In this document: positions 52,601 through 62,466 of the stretch, piece by piece
Position numbering within the stretch: position 1 is the stretch's first letter
Layout: every line of letters begins with the position of its first letter
Assembly: GCA_046045965.1 (NCBI GenBank)
Contig: JBJOKS010000019.1
Span: 1 to 64,000 of the forward strand
DNA length: 64,000 nucleotides
Direction of reading: 5' to 3'
From: Cyanobacteriota bacterium
GTDB lineage: Bacteria; Cyanobacteriota; Cyanobacteriia; Cyanobacteriales; Nostocaceae
Notes under the pieces: generated by a model
Database searches by the model: none
What the model was told of the DNA's origin: nothing
Seen by the model: the letters and a program-made list of their open reading frames with translations, nothing else
Made by a program: the position numbers and the translations under genes

Positions 52601-53085
52601 ATTTCCAGGATTTAAGGATGAATAGGATTTGATTTTTTGCTACTTGGGGTGATAATTGAATATTAAATTTTGTCAGAATCCGGATTTCCAGGATTTAAAG
52701 ATGAACAGGATTTGACTTTTTTAATTTGGGGTGAGAATTAAATATTAAATTTTGTCAGAATCAGGATTTCCAGGATTTAAGGATGAAGAGGATTTGATTT
52801 TTTGTAATTGCTTGAATTGAAGGTAAGTCTTGTATATTTTATATATTTTTAATAATAAAACCGCTATATTTTGTTAATATTCCACCCCTCTATCCTTTTA
52901 TTCTTTATATTTTATTATTTATTGATTATCAAATCCCGAAAATCAAAACAATAACCAACATCCTGTAAATCCTCAAATCCTGGATATCCTGATTCTGACA
53001 ACTTCAAAATTATCAAATCCCGAAAATCAAAACAATAACCAACATCCTGTAAATCCTCAAATCCTGGATATCCTGATTCTGACAA
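52601..53085. repeat. Array of a ~42-bp GGAT-periodic repeat: three forward copies (period 82-83 bp) facing two reverse copies (77-bp perfect duplication)
   Basis: Consensus TGTCAGAATCAGGATWTCCAGGATTTRAGGATKWACAGGAT. Confidence 0.9.
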
Positions 53086-53093
53086 ACTCAAAT

Positions 53094-53120
53094 AAAAAAA
53101 GCCCGCACCTGCGGACTTTA
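53094..53120 (-). terminator. Candidate intrinsic terminator after desB
   Basis: Minus strand AAAGTCCGCAGGTGCGGGCTTTTTT. Confidence 0.65.
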
Positions 53121-53142
53121 TAAATCTCAACCTATCTAGGAA

Positions 53143-54219
53143 TTACTTAACATTCTCATGATGATAAGTGTGATAAACCTTAGCACCCTCATCTGGGACA
53201 AAACGGCAAACCTTAGCAGAATGCAATAATGCCTTCCAAATAGGAACTTCAGACTTGTAGTAATAATCGCCTAAAATTGGTTTAATTGCCTCAGTTGCTT
53301 TCAACAAATTGTAATGAGGCATATTCAAAAAGATGTGATGGGCAACATGAGTACCGATATCATGATGGATATGGTTAAAAATGCCATAATCTCTATCAAT
53401 GGTCGAAATTGCACCCTTTAAAAAAGTCCAGTTATCACCACGATACCAAGGTAATTCCTGTTCTGTGTGATGTAAATAAGTTACTAAATCCAACCAAATC
53501 ACAAACACAATGTAAGGAACAGCGTAGTATTTCAGCAACCACATCCAACCCCATTGATAAGTGAAGAAACTTAGCAAACCTACCATGCAAATCCAAAGGG
53601 TAGTGCTAGTGATAATATCCCATTTTTCTGAAGGTTTAAAAAGGGGACTTCTGGGGTCAAAATGTGAACCTTCCTTACCAGGAGAACGCTTAAACAAATA
53701 AATTGGATAAGCTAACAAGAACACATAGAAACGCCCTATTTTTTGTAATAAGGGCATTTTATTGTATTCAGATTCAGACACAGGATACCAGCTTTCATCA
53801 TTTTCCAAACTGCCAGTATTTTTGTGGTGAGTTCTGTGGCTAATTCTCCAACCGTGATAAGGAACAAGAATGAAAGTATGAGTGATATGACCAACCAAAT
53901 CATTTAGCCATTTATGCTTAGAAAAAGATTGGTGTCCGCAGTCATGACCAACCACAAACAAAGCCCAAAACATTGTTCCTTGCAATACCCAGAAAATTGG
54001 CCAGAAATACCAAGAATCTAGATAATGTGCAACTGCATATAAAGCAGCGACAATGGCAACATCACGGAAAAAGTAATAGAGTGATTTAACCACACTAGGC
54101 TGAAAACATTCAGCAGGAATAGCAGCTTTTAAATCTTGGAGAGTAAACGGAAGTTTATCTTCACCTTGAGATGATTCCAAGCTAGGACTTTGGTTGAACT
54201 GAACTGTATCTAATTGCAC
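53143..54219 (-). CDS. desB: Omega-3 (delta-15) acyl-lipid desaturase
   Basis: HDCGH, HRTHH, HVAHH His boxes; GTG start assumed. Confidence 0.95.
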   Translation of the reverse strand: MQLDTVQFNQSPSLESSQGEDKLPFTLQDLKAAIPAECFQPSVVKSLYYFFRDVAIVAALYAVAHYLDSWYFWPIFWVLQGTMFWALFVVGHDCGHQSFSKHKWLNDLVGHITHTFILVPYHGWRISHRTHHKNTGSLENDESWYPVSESEYNKMPLLQKIGRFYVFLLAYPIYLFKRSPGKEGSHFDPRSPLFKPSEKWDIITSTTLWICMVGLLSFFTYQWGWMWLLKYYAVPYIVFVIWLDLVTYLHHTEQELPWYRGDNWTFLKGAISTIDRDYGIFNHIHHDIGTHVAHHIFLNMPHYNLLKATEAIKPILGDYYYKSEVPIWKALLHSAKVCRFVPDEGAKVYHTYHHENVK

Positions 54220-54366
54220 TGGATTTGGTGATGTTAAAAAAATCAAGTTCGGGTAGACAATGTTCACTAAATATCGCAAACATTGAAATTTAGAAACTAA
54301 AATGATTTAATAAATTTTGATTAATTAAATCATTTTGTCATTGGTGGAATTATTAGCTAGAGACTT

Positions 54367-55425
54367 TTATCTCTGGGCGTAATATTCGTCAAAAGTTGTA
54401 TAACCAATGTCAGTTTTATAAAGTTGACATTCGTTAGTGATTAGTTTCATTAAATCCCAAGAGAACTTATATTCCTCATGGAGATATGGTTGCCAATTTT
54501 GTTTGATGCTGTCGTAAGCTAACCGCAAATTGTAGGAAGGAATAGCGGTAGAAATATGATGGGGAACGTGAACGTTAATATCATGACAAAGGATTTCTAC
54601 CCAACGAGGATAATCACAATGAACTGTACCGAATAACTGTGCCATAGCCTCGTTCCACTTGTCAGCAGTTTTAAAAGGAACATCTGGAAGAGTGTGGTGA
54701 ACAATAGTGAAGGTACTCATCCAGAAATGGTAAACCATCCAAGGGATAAACCAGAACTTAATAAATCCCCAAACACCAGTGGTAATAATCAACGTTGGAA
54801 AAACAATAGCTGCAAAAGCTACCACCACACCAACAGAAAGCTTAACATTAGCTCTATCTTTTGGCTGAAATTTTCGCGCATCAAAATGCACAACTGCCCA
54901 ATGTCCAATAGAACCTACCCACCACAGACGCTTCTGCATAAAAAATTGAAATGCAGACTGTCTGGTTTTATTCCAACTTTCAAAAACCTCTGGTCTGATG
55001 GGATGCCATGCGTTATCCTCATCTAATTTATTTGTATGTTTATGGTGATGATTATGTTTAATTCTCCAGCTGTGAAAAGGGTAAATTAGAAACATCATGA
55101 AAAAATGACCAACCAAATCATTTACCCAACGACGTTTAGCAAAAGAACGATGTCCGCAGTCATGTCCAATAACAAAAAATCCTGTTAAAGCAGTTCCTGT
55201 AAAAATCCATGCTATGGGTAGAAGAAACCAGGGAGAAATTGCTATAAAATAATAGCCTAATGCAGCCATAGATAGACTGAGAACTACAGTAGTCCAAGCT
55301 TTGCGGCTATTTTGTTGGAAACATTCCTTGGGCAGACTTTTGATAATATGTTTTAGTTTGATTTCGTCTTTACCAAGGCTTGTGGAGACGAAAGTTTCCT
55401 GGTTTTTGATGATTGATGTAGTCAT
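54367..55425 (-). CDS. desA: Delta-12 acyl-lipid desaturase
   Basis: HDCGH, HNHHH, HVPHH. Confidence 0.95.
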   Translation of the reverse strand: MTTSIIKNQETFVSTSLGKDEIKLKHIIKSLPKECFQQNSRKAWTTVVLSLSMAALGYYFIAISPWFLLPIAWIFTGTALTGFFVIGHDCGHRSFAKRRWVNDLVGHFFMMFLIYPFHSWRIKHNHHHKHTNKLDEDNAWHPIRPEVFESWNKTRQSAFQFFMQKRLWWVGSIGHWAVVHFDARKFQPKDRANVKLSVGVVVAFAAIVFPTLIITTGVWGFIKFWFIPWMVYHFWMSTFTIVHHTLPDVPFKTADKWNEAMAQLFGTVHCDYPRWVEILCHDINVHVPHHISTAIPSYNLRLAYDSIKQNWQPYLHEEYKFSWDLMKLITNECQLYKTDIGYTTFDEYYAQR

Positions 55426-55675
55426 GAATACCTGAAAAACAGCAAGTCCTCCTGCAAAATCACTAGAAAAATGAGCTTGCAGCAAAGTTTTGTAACATTA
55501 ATTTCTGAGATTATAGCAACCTAAGAGTAACTTAGGGTAGGTAATCAGCAATTAAAATTAAAAATTAAAAATTAAAAATTAAAAATTTTAATCGCTGTAG
55601 TTGTACGCAAAAAGTCAATAGTTTAGCGTCCAAATTTTGAACATAAAACTATTGACTTTCAAGATAAACTATGCG

Positions 55676-56494
55676 TTATGCTTTTTTCTCTGCCAGCTTG
55701 ACATTTGTCGCTAGACCTAGCAGTTGGAGTAATTGAATAGTCATCCAAGTCATATCAATTTCCCACCATTCCAAGCCATGACGGGCAGAATACTGAAAAG
55801 CATGGTGATTATTGTGCCAGCCTTCACCAAATACCAGAATCGCCACCCACCAACAATTAGTGGAATTGTCACCAGATTCTGGATATGTGCGATAGCCGAA
55901 CTTATGGGTAGCACTGTTGACCAACCAAGTACAGTGGTAAACCCAGATAATCCGCACAAAAATTCCCCAAACGACAAAAGACCAGCCGCCTAAGAAAAAG
56001 AGTAGTAGTCCCAGGGCAATTTGTAAGAAAATGAAATTTTTCTGTAAAAACTGATAAACTGGGTCATCAATAATGTCTTTTGTGAAGCGAGGAACTTGTT
56101 CGTGAGCGGGGGCAAAATGAATCATCCAGCCCATGTGACTCCACCAGAAACCTTGATTGGAATCATGGGGATCATTTTCTGTATCTGAGTGTAAATGATG
56201 GATACGGTGTGTACCTACCCACTCAATAGGTCCGCCTTCACAGGATAAAGTCCCGAAAATAACTAGGAGATACTCCAGCCATTTGGGAGTTTGAAAACTG
56301 CGGTGGGTGACAAGACGGTGATAACCAAGGGTAATCCCTAAACCACCAGTTACCCAGTAAAGAAATAAAGCCACACCGACAGCTTTCCAGCTAAAGTTAC
56401 TAGGAACTAAAGCGAACATAGCTCCAATGTGTAATGCAACGAAAAATAGGGTGTTAACCCAGTTAATTTGAGGTTTAGAAGTAGCAATTGTCAT
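55676..56494 (-). CDS. desC: Delta-9 acyl-lipid desaturase
   Basis: HRLVTH, HRIHH, GEGWHNNHH. Confidence 0.96.
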   Translation of the reverse strand: MTIATSKPQINWVNTLFFVALHIGAMFALVPSNFSWKAVGVALFLYWVTGGLGITLGYHRLVTHRSFQTPKWLEYLLVIFGTLSCEGGPIEWVGTHRIHHLHSDTENDPHDSNQGFWWSHMGWMIHFAPAHEQVPRFTKDIIDDPVYQFLQKNFIFLQIALGLLLFFLGGWSFVVWGIFVRIIWVYHCTWLVNSATHKFGYRTYPESGDNSTNCWWVAILVFGEGWHNNHHAFQYSARHGLEWWEIDMTWMTIQLLQLLGLATNVKLAEKKA

Positions 56495-56603
56495 GCAGTA
56501 TCCTGAATAGAAATTTGTTCAGCCTAATCTGCGCGATTTTTCGAGTAGCTAGGCGCTACGCGCCATAAATCCGCATATCTATATTTTTTTGAATGAGGAA
56601 ACA

Positions 56604-57833
56604 ATGAACAGCATAGAAAAGCTACGGCAAGCAGAACAGGCACTATTAGAGATTTTTTCTGGTATTGACGCTCAGGTCAAGCATAATCTGAAACGGGTAC
56701 TCGATGCTTTTCGTAATCACCGTGTAGGATCACACCATTTTGCGGGTGTAAGTGGTTATGGACACGATGATTTAGGAAGAGAAACCTTAGATAAAGTATT
56801 TGCCGAAGTGATGGGTGCCGAGGCTGCGGTGGTGCGAGTGCAGATTGTTTCGGGAACTCATGCGATCGCCTGTGCGCTGTATGGTGTGCTTCGTCCTGGG
56901 GATGAAATGTTAGCAGTAGTCGGTTCTCCCTACGATACATTGGAAGAGGTAATTGGCTTGCGAGGGCAAAACCAAGGTTCCCTTATTGAGTTTGGCATAA
57001 AATACCGCCAATTGGAACTAACCCAAGAAGGAAAAGTAGATTGGTCAGCTTTAAGCACCGCCATCACCGAAAATACCCGTTTAGTCCTCATTCAGCGTTC
57101 CTGTGGATACTCATGGCGGCCAAGCCTATCTATAGCTGAGATTGAAAAAATAGTTCACATCGTCAAACAACAAAACCCCAACACCGTTTGTTTTGTAGAC
57201 AACTGCTACGGCGAATTTATTGACACCCAAGAACCAACCCACGTAGGTGCTGACTTGATGGCCGGGTCATTGATTAAAAACCCTGGTGGTACACTTGTTA
57301 CAGCCGGTGGTTACATAGCCGGAAAAGCTGACCTAGTAGAAGCAGCAGCTTGTAGACTTACCGCCCCGGGTATTGGTAGTGCGGGAGGTGCAACCTTTGA
57401 TCAAAACCGCTTATTATTCCAAGGGTTATTTTTAGCACCCCAGATAGTCGGGGAAGCTATGAAAGGAACATACCTCACAGGTTACGTATTTGATAAACTC
57501 GGATATCCCGTTAACCCCGCACCTTTAGCACCACGGGGGGACGTTATCCAAGCCATCAAACTCGGTTCAGCCAAAAAGCTAATCGCCTTCTGTAAAGCCA
57601 TCCAACAGTATTCACCCATAGGATCTTATCTCGACCCCGTTCCCGATGATATGCCAGGGTACGAAAGCCAAGTAGTCATGGCTGGGGGGACATTTATTGA
57701 AGGTAGCACCTTGGAATTATCAGCCGATGGACCATTACGTGAGCCTTATGTTGTGTATTGTCAGGGCGGGACACATTGGACTCATGTATCTTTGGCGTTA
57801 CAGGCAGCTATTGAGGCTGTAGGAGAAGTATAA
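56604..57833 (+). CDS. PLP-dependent methionine gamma-lyase-like / aluminium-resistance family protein
   Basis: GYGHDD.GR, SGTHA, VDNCYGEF, GSLIKNPGG, LSADGP. Confidence 0.9.
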   Translation: MNSIEKLRQAEQALLEIFSGIDAQVKHNLKRVLDAFRNHRVGSHHFAGVSGYGHDDLGRETLDKVFAEVMGAEAAVVRVQIVSGTHAIACALYGVLRPGDEMLAVVGSPYDTLEEVIGLRGQNQGSLIEFGIKYRQLELTQEGKVDWSALSTAITENTRLVLIQRSCGYSWRPSLSIAEIEKIVHIVKQQNPNTVCFVDNCYGEFIDTQEPTHVGADLMAGSLIKNPGGTLVTAGGYIAGKADLVEAAACRLTAPGIGSAGGATFDQNRLLFQGLFLAPQIVGEAMKGTYLTGYVFDKLGYPVNPAPLAPRGDVIQAIKLGSAKKLIAFCKAIQQYSPIGSYLDPVPDDMPGYESQVVMAGGTFIEGSTLELSADGPLREPYVVYCQGGTHWTHVSLALQAAIEAVGEV

Positions 57834-57838
57834 GAAGA

Positions 57839-58345
57839 GTTTCGCGCAAAGACGCTAAGGAGCAAAGGCGCGAAGGAAGAGAAGGAAGAGAAGGAGGAGT
57901 TTAAAGTTTGTTAGCTATGCGTTTGATACCGTCTTTGATGAGGACTTCACCAAAGTTGATGAGTAGGCCAAGGCGTTTATTGGCAAGGGTGAGATAGGTA
58001 ATGAGTTGTTTTTTGTGGACGGGGTGTAGGGTGTCTAAGGATTTAATTTCAATGATGACTTTGTTTTCAACTATGATGTCTGCCCTAAAACCTTCCTGTA
58101 AATGAACACTCTCATAAACTACAGGTATTGGTTGTTGCCTTGCTACCTGTAAACCTCTACTCTCCAACTCCTAGGCCAAAATAGTCTCATACACAGATTC
58201 AAACAACCCAGGTCCTCACCTAGTATGAATCTTGTACGCAGCATCAACAATCTGAGTTGCTATTTCATTCTCCGTCATCTTCATATCCTTCTTCTTACTT
58301 TGTATCTTCTTCTTACCTTTGCTCCTCTGCGCCTTTGCGCGAAAC
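57839..58345. mobile_element. Inverted-repeat-bounded GxxExxY cassette (507 bp)
   Basis: 30-bp IRs at 57839-57868 and 58316-58345 (27/30 match) enclosing only the GxxExxY gene. Confidence 0.6.
57901..58278 (-). pseudogene. GxxExxY family PD-(D/E)XK protein with two in-frame stops
   Basis: MTENEIATQIVDAAYKIHTR*GPGLFESVYETILA*ELESRG..RADIIVENKVIIEIKS..Q..TYL..GLLINFG; stops at 58216-58218 and 58171-58173. Confidence 0.9.
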
Positions 58346-58346
58346 C

Positions 58347-59546
58347 TTATTCCGGTAATTTATACTGCGCTACGATCCGCTTGGCAAATTCTGGTACATG
58401 ATCTGCCAATTTCTCTGGATGATTCCGTTTAACATATAAGTAATTTCTTGTAAAGTGGGAATCCATCGAAAATTTCCCATATTCCAGTCCTTGTGGTCCG
58501 ATTTTATCTATGACGACTCCCATTAATTTTGCTACCCACATGGGTAAGGTGACGGCTTTATCGTAGGCTTCTATTCCTTGTTGTACGGCGGCTTTTCTGT
58601 CTCCTTTGGACATCACTGGTTGGGTGTGGAGTTGGTCTTTTACCAGTTCGAGCATTTCTTTCCCGGTATCATTTCTCACTACTATCCATTGCCAGTTGAA
58701 AGGTGCGCCCATGTATCCTACTACTATGTCTGCTAGGGAGTTGACGTAATCAAAGCAACTCATACATGATGGGGCGAAGATGTCTTTTAGTACGTTGGTT
58801 TTTAAGCCAAAGAAGGGTACTTTTTCTTCTGATCCATCTTCATGTTTAAAATGTACCCGGAAGTCTTGCATAAATTCGTAACTAACTACGGTTTCGGGGG
58901 ATCTGCTGGTGGTTTCTAGGAATTTTTGCAGTCCGGCGCGGGTAACGTTATCTACGCATGGTGTACCCAGGACATAGAGTTTTTCTAGTCCGAGTTTTTT
59001 CTCAACAGCGCGTAATGCTTGGATTTGACACCCTACTCCGATGACTAATAACCGCTTCATTCCCGATTTTTCGATTTCTTCTAATACGGAAAGGTTGGGG
59101 GATAGGGTAGGTTTGTTTACTTTGGCAGCTAGTATTTCTTCGGGGGTGCGGGCGATGATGGGCATGGGTTGAAAGCGGTCTTCTTTGGTGTTTTGGACAC
59201 AGACTACGCCTTCGACTAAGCCCCGGTTGAGCATTTCTATGGCGATGGTGCTGACTATTCCTGTCCATTGTGCGCCTTCTATGGGTTGTTGTTTTCTGGC
59301 GGCTATCATTTCTTGATGTACGCCAAAATAAAGTTCGTTGTCGTCTTCTAGGTTGCGGGGGCGGTTATGGGTGGTGGTTTCTAGTTCGTCTATTCTTTGG
59401 GTGATGAAGGCGCACGCTTCTTTGACGTAGTGGATATAGTAGGTGTCGCATAGTCCGCATTCGCTACAAAGTTCTTTGGCGGGGCGCACGCTTCCGGGTT
59501 TGAGGGCTTTGGCTTTTTTGTGTTTGCTAGAATCTATGGTAGTCAT
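58347..59546 (-). CDS. bciB: Ferredoxin-dependent 8-vinyl (divinyl chlorophyllide) reductase, FrhB-like
   Basis: CSECGLC, GAQWTG, GVGCQ, GTPCVDN, SCMSCFDY. Confidence 0.85.
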   Translation of the reverse strand: MTTIDSSKHKKAKALKPGSVRPAKELCSECGLCDTYYIHYVKEACAFITQRIDELETTTHNRPRNLEDDNELYFGVHQEMIAARKQQPIEGAQWTGIVSTIAIEMLNRGLVEGVVCVQNTKEDRFQPMPIIARTPEEILAAKVNKPTLSPNLSVLEEIEKSGMKRLLVIGVGCQIQALRAVEKKLGLEKLYVLGTPCVDNVTRAGLQKFLETTSRSPETVVSYEFMQDFRVHFKHEDGSEEKVPFFGLKTNVLKDIFAPSCMSCFDYVNSLADIVVGYMGAPFNWQWIVVRNDTGKEMLELVKDQLHTQPVMSKGDRKAAVQQGIEAYDKAVTLPMWVAKLMGVVIDKIGPQGLEYGKFSMDSHFTRNYLYVKRNHPEKLADHVPEFAKRIVAQYKLPE

Positions 59547-59600
59547 ATATTTTGTTTGTTTTACTCAAATATTGCTTTTATTACCTTACCGTTACAAGCT

Positions 59601-59807
59601 ATGAACTTGAAGATTGAGATTGAACAAGAGGAAGACGGGCGTTTTATTGCTGAGGTGATTGATATTCCCGGTGTTTTGGCCTATGGAAATACAAGACAGG
59701 AAGCAGTAGCCAAGGTTCAGGCTTTGGCTTTGCGAGTATTAGCGGATAAATTGGAACATGGTGAAGTACACTCAGATTTATTTAGTGTTTCTTTTGCAGC
59801 AGCATGA
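59601..59807 (+). CDS. HicB-like antitoxin (short)
   Basis: EQEEDGRFIAEV.DIPGV.AYG.T..EA. Confidence 0.85.
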   Translation: MNLKIEIEQEEDGRFIAEVIDIPGVLAYGNTRQEAVAKVQALALRVLADKLEHGEVHSDLFSVSFAAA

Positions 59808-60016
59808 GTCAATGGTCTAGTCAAAAAGCAAAGCGTGTTTTAGCCGCCTTGTTGCGTATTGGATGGGAAATCAAACGTCAATCAGGTTCACACAAAATTC
59901 TGTCACGTCCTGATTGGGATGATTTCATTTTTGCATTTCATGATAATGAAGAGATAGGTCCGAGAATGTTAGCAAGAATCAGTAAACTTACTGGTTTAAC
60001 TCCTGATGATTTGTGA
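59804..60016 (+). CDS. HicA-like mRNA interferase toxin
   Basis: L...GW...RQSGSH; 4-nt overlap with the antitoxin. Confidence 0.88.
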   Translation: MSQWSSQKAKRVLAALLRIGWEIKRQSGSHKILSRPDWDDFIFAFHDNEEIGPRMLARISKLTGLTPDDL

Positions 60017-60126
60017 TGTGGATTCCTTTATAATTTTCTGTATTTTATAGTTTATTGATAAAGGAATTGACATTTTCAAGCCTTTTAACTTAGAATTTAG
60101 CTTGTTATTTTATTAACCTCTTACAC

Positions 60127-60393
60127 ATGAAAGATAACATTTTTGACTTTCTGAAGAGATACAGTGCAGAAGATATTAGTGAAACCATTTCCATGTACAA
60201 GTTATTTGGCGGATTTTTGTTTGTATTTGCACTTTATTCTGCGGCATTTTGGTTAGTTCCTCAGTCAGAAATACTAAATGAACTTGTTTTTGGGATAAAG
60301 GTCACTAATGCATTAGGTACTTTTATTCTATCAACTATAACTTTTCTTTTCATAATTCTATTTGTCGGTAAGAAGAACCCGTCTAATCTGTAA
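60127..60393 (+). CDS. Small two-TM hypothetical protein
   Basis: 88 aa, two hydrophobic helices, followed by a terminator. Confidence 0.6.
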   Translation: MKDNIFDFLKRYSAEDISETISMYKLFGGFLFVFALYSAAFWLVPQSEILNELVFGIKVTNALGTFILSTITFLFIILFVGKKNPSNL

Positions 60394-60424
60394 AATTTAT
60401 CCACTTATGAATTTTTGCTTAATC

Positions 60425-60456
60425 AACCCTTCGATTAATTTATCGAGGGTTTTTTG
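60425..60456 (+). terminator. Intrinsic terminator
   Basis: AACCCTTCGAT-TAATTT-ATCGAGGGTT hairpin plus T-run. Confidence 0.7.
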
Positions 60457-60571
60457 CTGTTAAAATACATCTTTCATTATCCCACAAAACCGCCTGATAA
60501 TTAATTCTCATAATGATCGCTGTTTCAAAAAATATGCTATATTTAGCATAATCAGGATATAAGTCAGACAA

Positions 60572-60937
60572 TTGCAAACAGAACCTATAAAACCACTGCA
60601 ATGGGTAGGAAGTTCTCTAGAAGACCTCAAAAAATTTCCTGAAGAGGTACAAGGAGAAATAGGATATGCGTTATATTTAGCCCAAATGGGTGAAAAACAT
60701 CCTCATACTAAACCCTTAAAAGGATTTAAAGGAGCAAGTGTATTAGAAGTTGTAGAAGATTTTGATGGAGATACCTATAGAGCTATTTATACTGTGAAAT
60801 TAGCAAAAGCAGTTTATGTTCTTCATGTTTTTCAGAAAAAATCAAAACATGGTATTGCTACACCAAAACAAGATATTGATTTGATTGAAGCAAGACTGAA
60901 AAAAGCTAAAGAACATCATGATCAAATAAATCAATAA
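60572..60937 (+). CDS. RelE/HigB-family toxin (Gp49-like)
   Basis: W.GSSLEDL..FP, TYRAIY, VLHVFQKKS. Confidence 0.88.
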   Translation: MQTEPIKPLQWVGSSLEDLKKFPEEVQGEIGYALYLAQMGEKHPHTKPLKGFKGASVLEVVEDFDGDTYRAIYTVKLAKAVYVLHVFQKKSKHGIATPKQDIDLIEARLKKAKEHHDQINQ

Positions 60938-60951
60938 AACCCAGGAGAATT

Positions 60952-61269
60952 ATGTCAGAAAATATCGAAATTAAACCCAGTAGTGGTAATGTATTTGCTG
61001 ATTTAGGATTACCAAATGCTGATGAAATGTTAGTAAAAGCAGAACTAGCTCGGAAAATTAGTCAAGCTATTACCGCACGGGGATTAACTCAAGTTGAAGC
61101 TGCGGAATTATTAGGAATTGATCAACCAAAAGTTTCTGCTTTAATCAGAGGAAGATTAACAGGTTTTTCTTTAGAAAGAATGTTTAAATTTCTCAATGCT
61201 TTTGATAGTGATATAGAAATTATAGTAAAACCTAAATCTAGTCATAATGCACGGATTATTGTTAAGTAA
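60952..61269 (+). CDS. XRE-HTH antitoxin (HigA-like)
   Basis: SSGNVFADLG, LTQVEAAELLGIDQPKVS. Confidence 0.88.
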   Translation: MSENIEIKPSSGNVFADLGLPNADEMLVKAELARKISQAITARGLTQVEAAELLGIDQPKVSALIRGRLTGFSLERMFKFLNAFDSDIEIIVKPKSSHNARIIVK

Positions 61270-61349
61270 TTTTAGGAAGGAAATCTTTATTGAAATTTGT
61301 GATAAAATTAATCTAATTGAATGTTTATTGATATCAACAATACAAACCA

Positions 61350-61553
61350 ATGCAAGCTGATAAATATCCATTTGCTGAAGAATTAATTACTGATATTGAA
61401 GGTAATATCAGAAAAGTAGTCATGGATTTTCAAGAATACTTACGGTTGCTAGAAGCACTAGAAGATGAAGGACTTATTTTAGCAATGAAAGAAGTAGAAA
61501 ATGAAACTCCTTTAAATTTTGATGAAGCATTAGCAGAATTAGAAAAAGAGTGA
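61350..61553 (+). CDS. Putative antitoxin
   Basis: Acidic 67-aa ORF overlapping the RelE start by 4 nt. Confidence 0.75.
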   Translation: MQADKYPFAEELITDIEGNIRKVVMDFQEYLRLLEALEDEGLILAMKEVENETPLNFDEALAELEKE

Positions 61554-61822
61554 ATACCCAGTATCTACCTAGTTTTATTAAAGACCTAAAAGCACTCAAA
61601 AGTACACCTTACTATGAGTCTATTAAAAAGTTTGCTTTTGAAGAAATAATTGAAATATCAAGTTTTGCAGAAATCACCAATATCAAAAAGCTGCAAGGAT
61701 ATGATAATGCTTATCGTGTTCGTATAGGTGATTATCGTATTGGTGTTATTTTTGATGGTGAGACATTAATTTTTGAAAGAGTTTTACACCGTAAAGAAAT
61801 CTATCGTTATTTTCCCAAATAG
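61550..61822 (+). CDS. RelE/ParE-family toxin
   Basis: IKKLQG, YRVRIGDYRI, VLHRKEIY. Confidence 0.9.
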   Translation: MNTQYLPSFIKDLKALKSTPYYESIKKFAFEEIIEISSFAEITNIKKLQGYDNAYRVRIGDYRIGVIFDGETLIFERVLHRKEIYRYFPK

Positions 61823-61847
61823 ATGCTTTTGTAATAACAGTAAAATT

Positions 61848-62408
61848 ATGAAATTTAAACTAATTACACCTCTGAGCTTTTTATTAACAGCTACTCTCGC
61901 TTTATTCACATCTATCCACACTCCCAAAGTTACAGCACAACCAGCAACTTTTAATGTTGATAATCTTCTCAAATGTGCAGAATATTGTCGTCAACTTCCT
62001 ACAGATTATAAATATCGAAAGCTTAAAATTACACAAAAACTAATTAATCAATTACCCAAATGGAATAATATCTGTCAAAAATTGACAGGTAAGGGTTTAT
62101 GTGCTGTTGCTAAATCTTATCAGTTTAAAGATGGTCTAATTTATTTAAAAATTCAGGGTACTGAGTCTTTTTCCACAGATATTAAGTTTAATTCTGGTAT
62201 CAGTTCACAACAAGCTGTAAATATTGCCAAACAATCTTTTAATAATGGTGAGTCTTTCCCAAAAACAGAAAGGTTAAAAAATAGAACTGTTTTATATAGT
62301 AATCCCATTGATAATGGTGGAGAGACATTTTATTTACAAGAAACTTACTTGATTTTAAATTCCCGAAATCAAGTAAATAGAATAGTTTCAGTATCTACAA
62401 CTCCTTGA
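61848..62408 (+). CDS. Exported hypothetical protein
   Basis: Signal peptide MKFKLITPLSFLL..VTA. Confidence 0.7.
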   Translation: MKFKLITPLSFLLTATLALFTSIHTPKVTAQPATFNVDNLLKCAEYCRQLPTDYKYRKLKITQKLINQLPKWNNICQKLTGKGLCAVAKSYQFKDGLIYLKIQGTESFSTDIKFNSGISSQQAVNIAKQSFNNGESFPKTERLKNRTVLYSNPIDNGGETFYLQETYLILNSRNQVNRIVSVSTTP

Positions 62409-62466
62409 TTTTTTGGGGTTTATGAAGACTAGAGTGAATTTTGATTATCATACTAACAGAAATTTC

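Noticed and set aside
52601..53085. CRISPR array
   Set aside because: Spacers are near-identical within each half, orientation flips mid-array, and no cas genes are present.
52915..53130. 71-aa ORF with duplicated SESGYPGFEDLQD
   Set aside because: It is the translation of the 77-bp repeat duplication.
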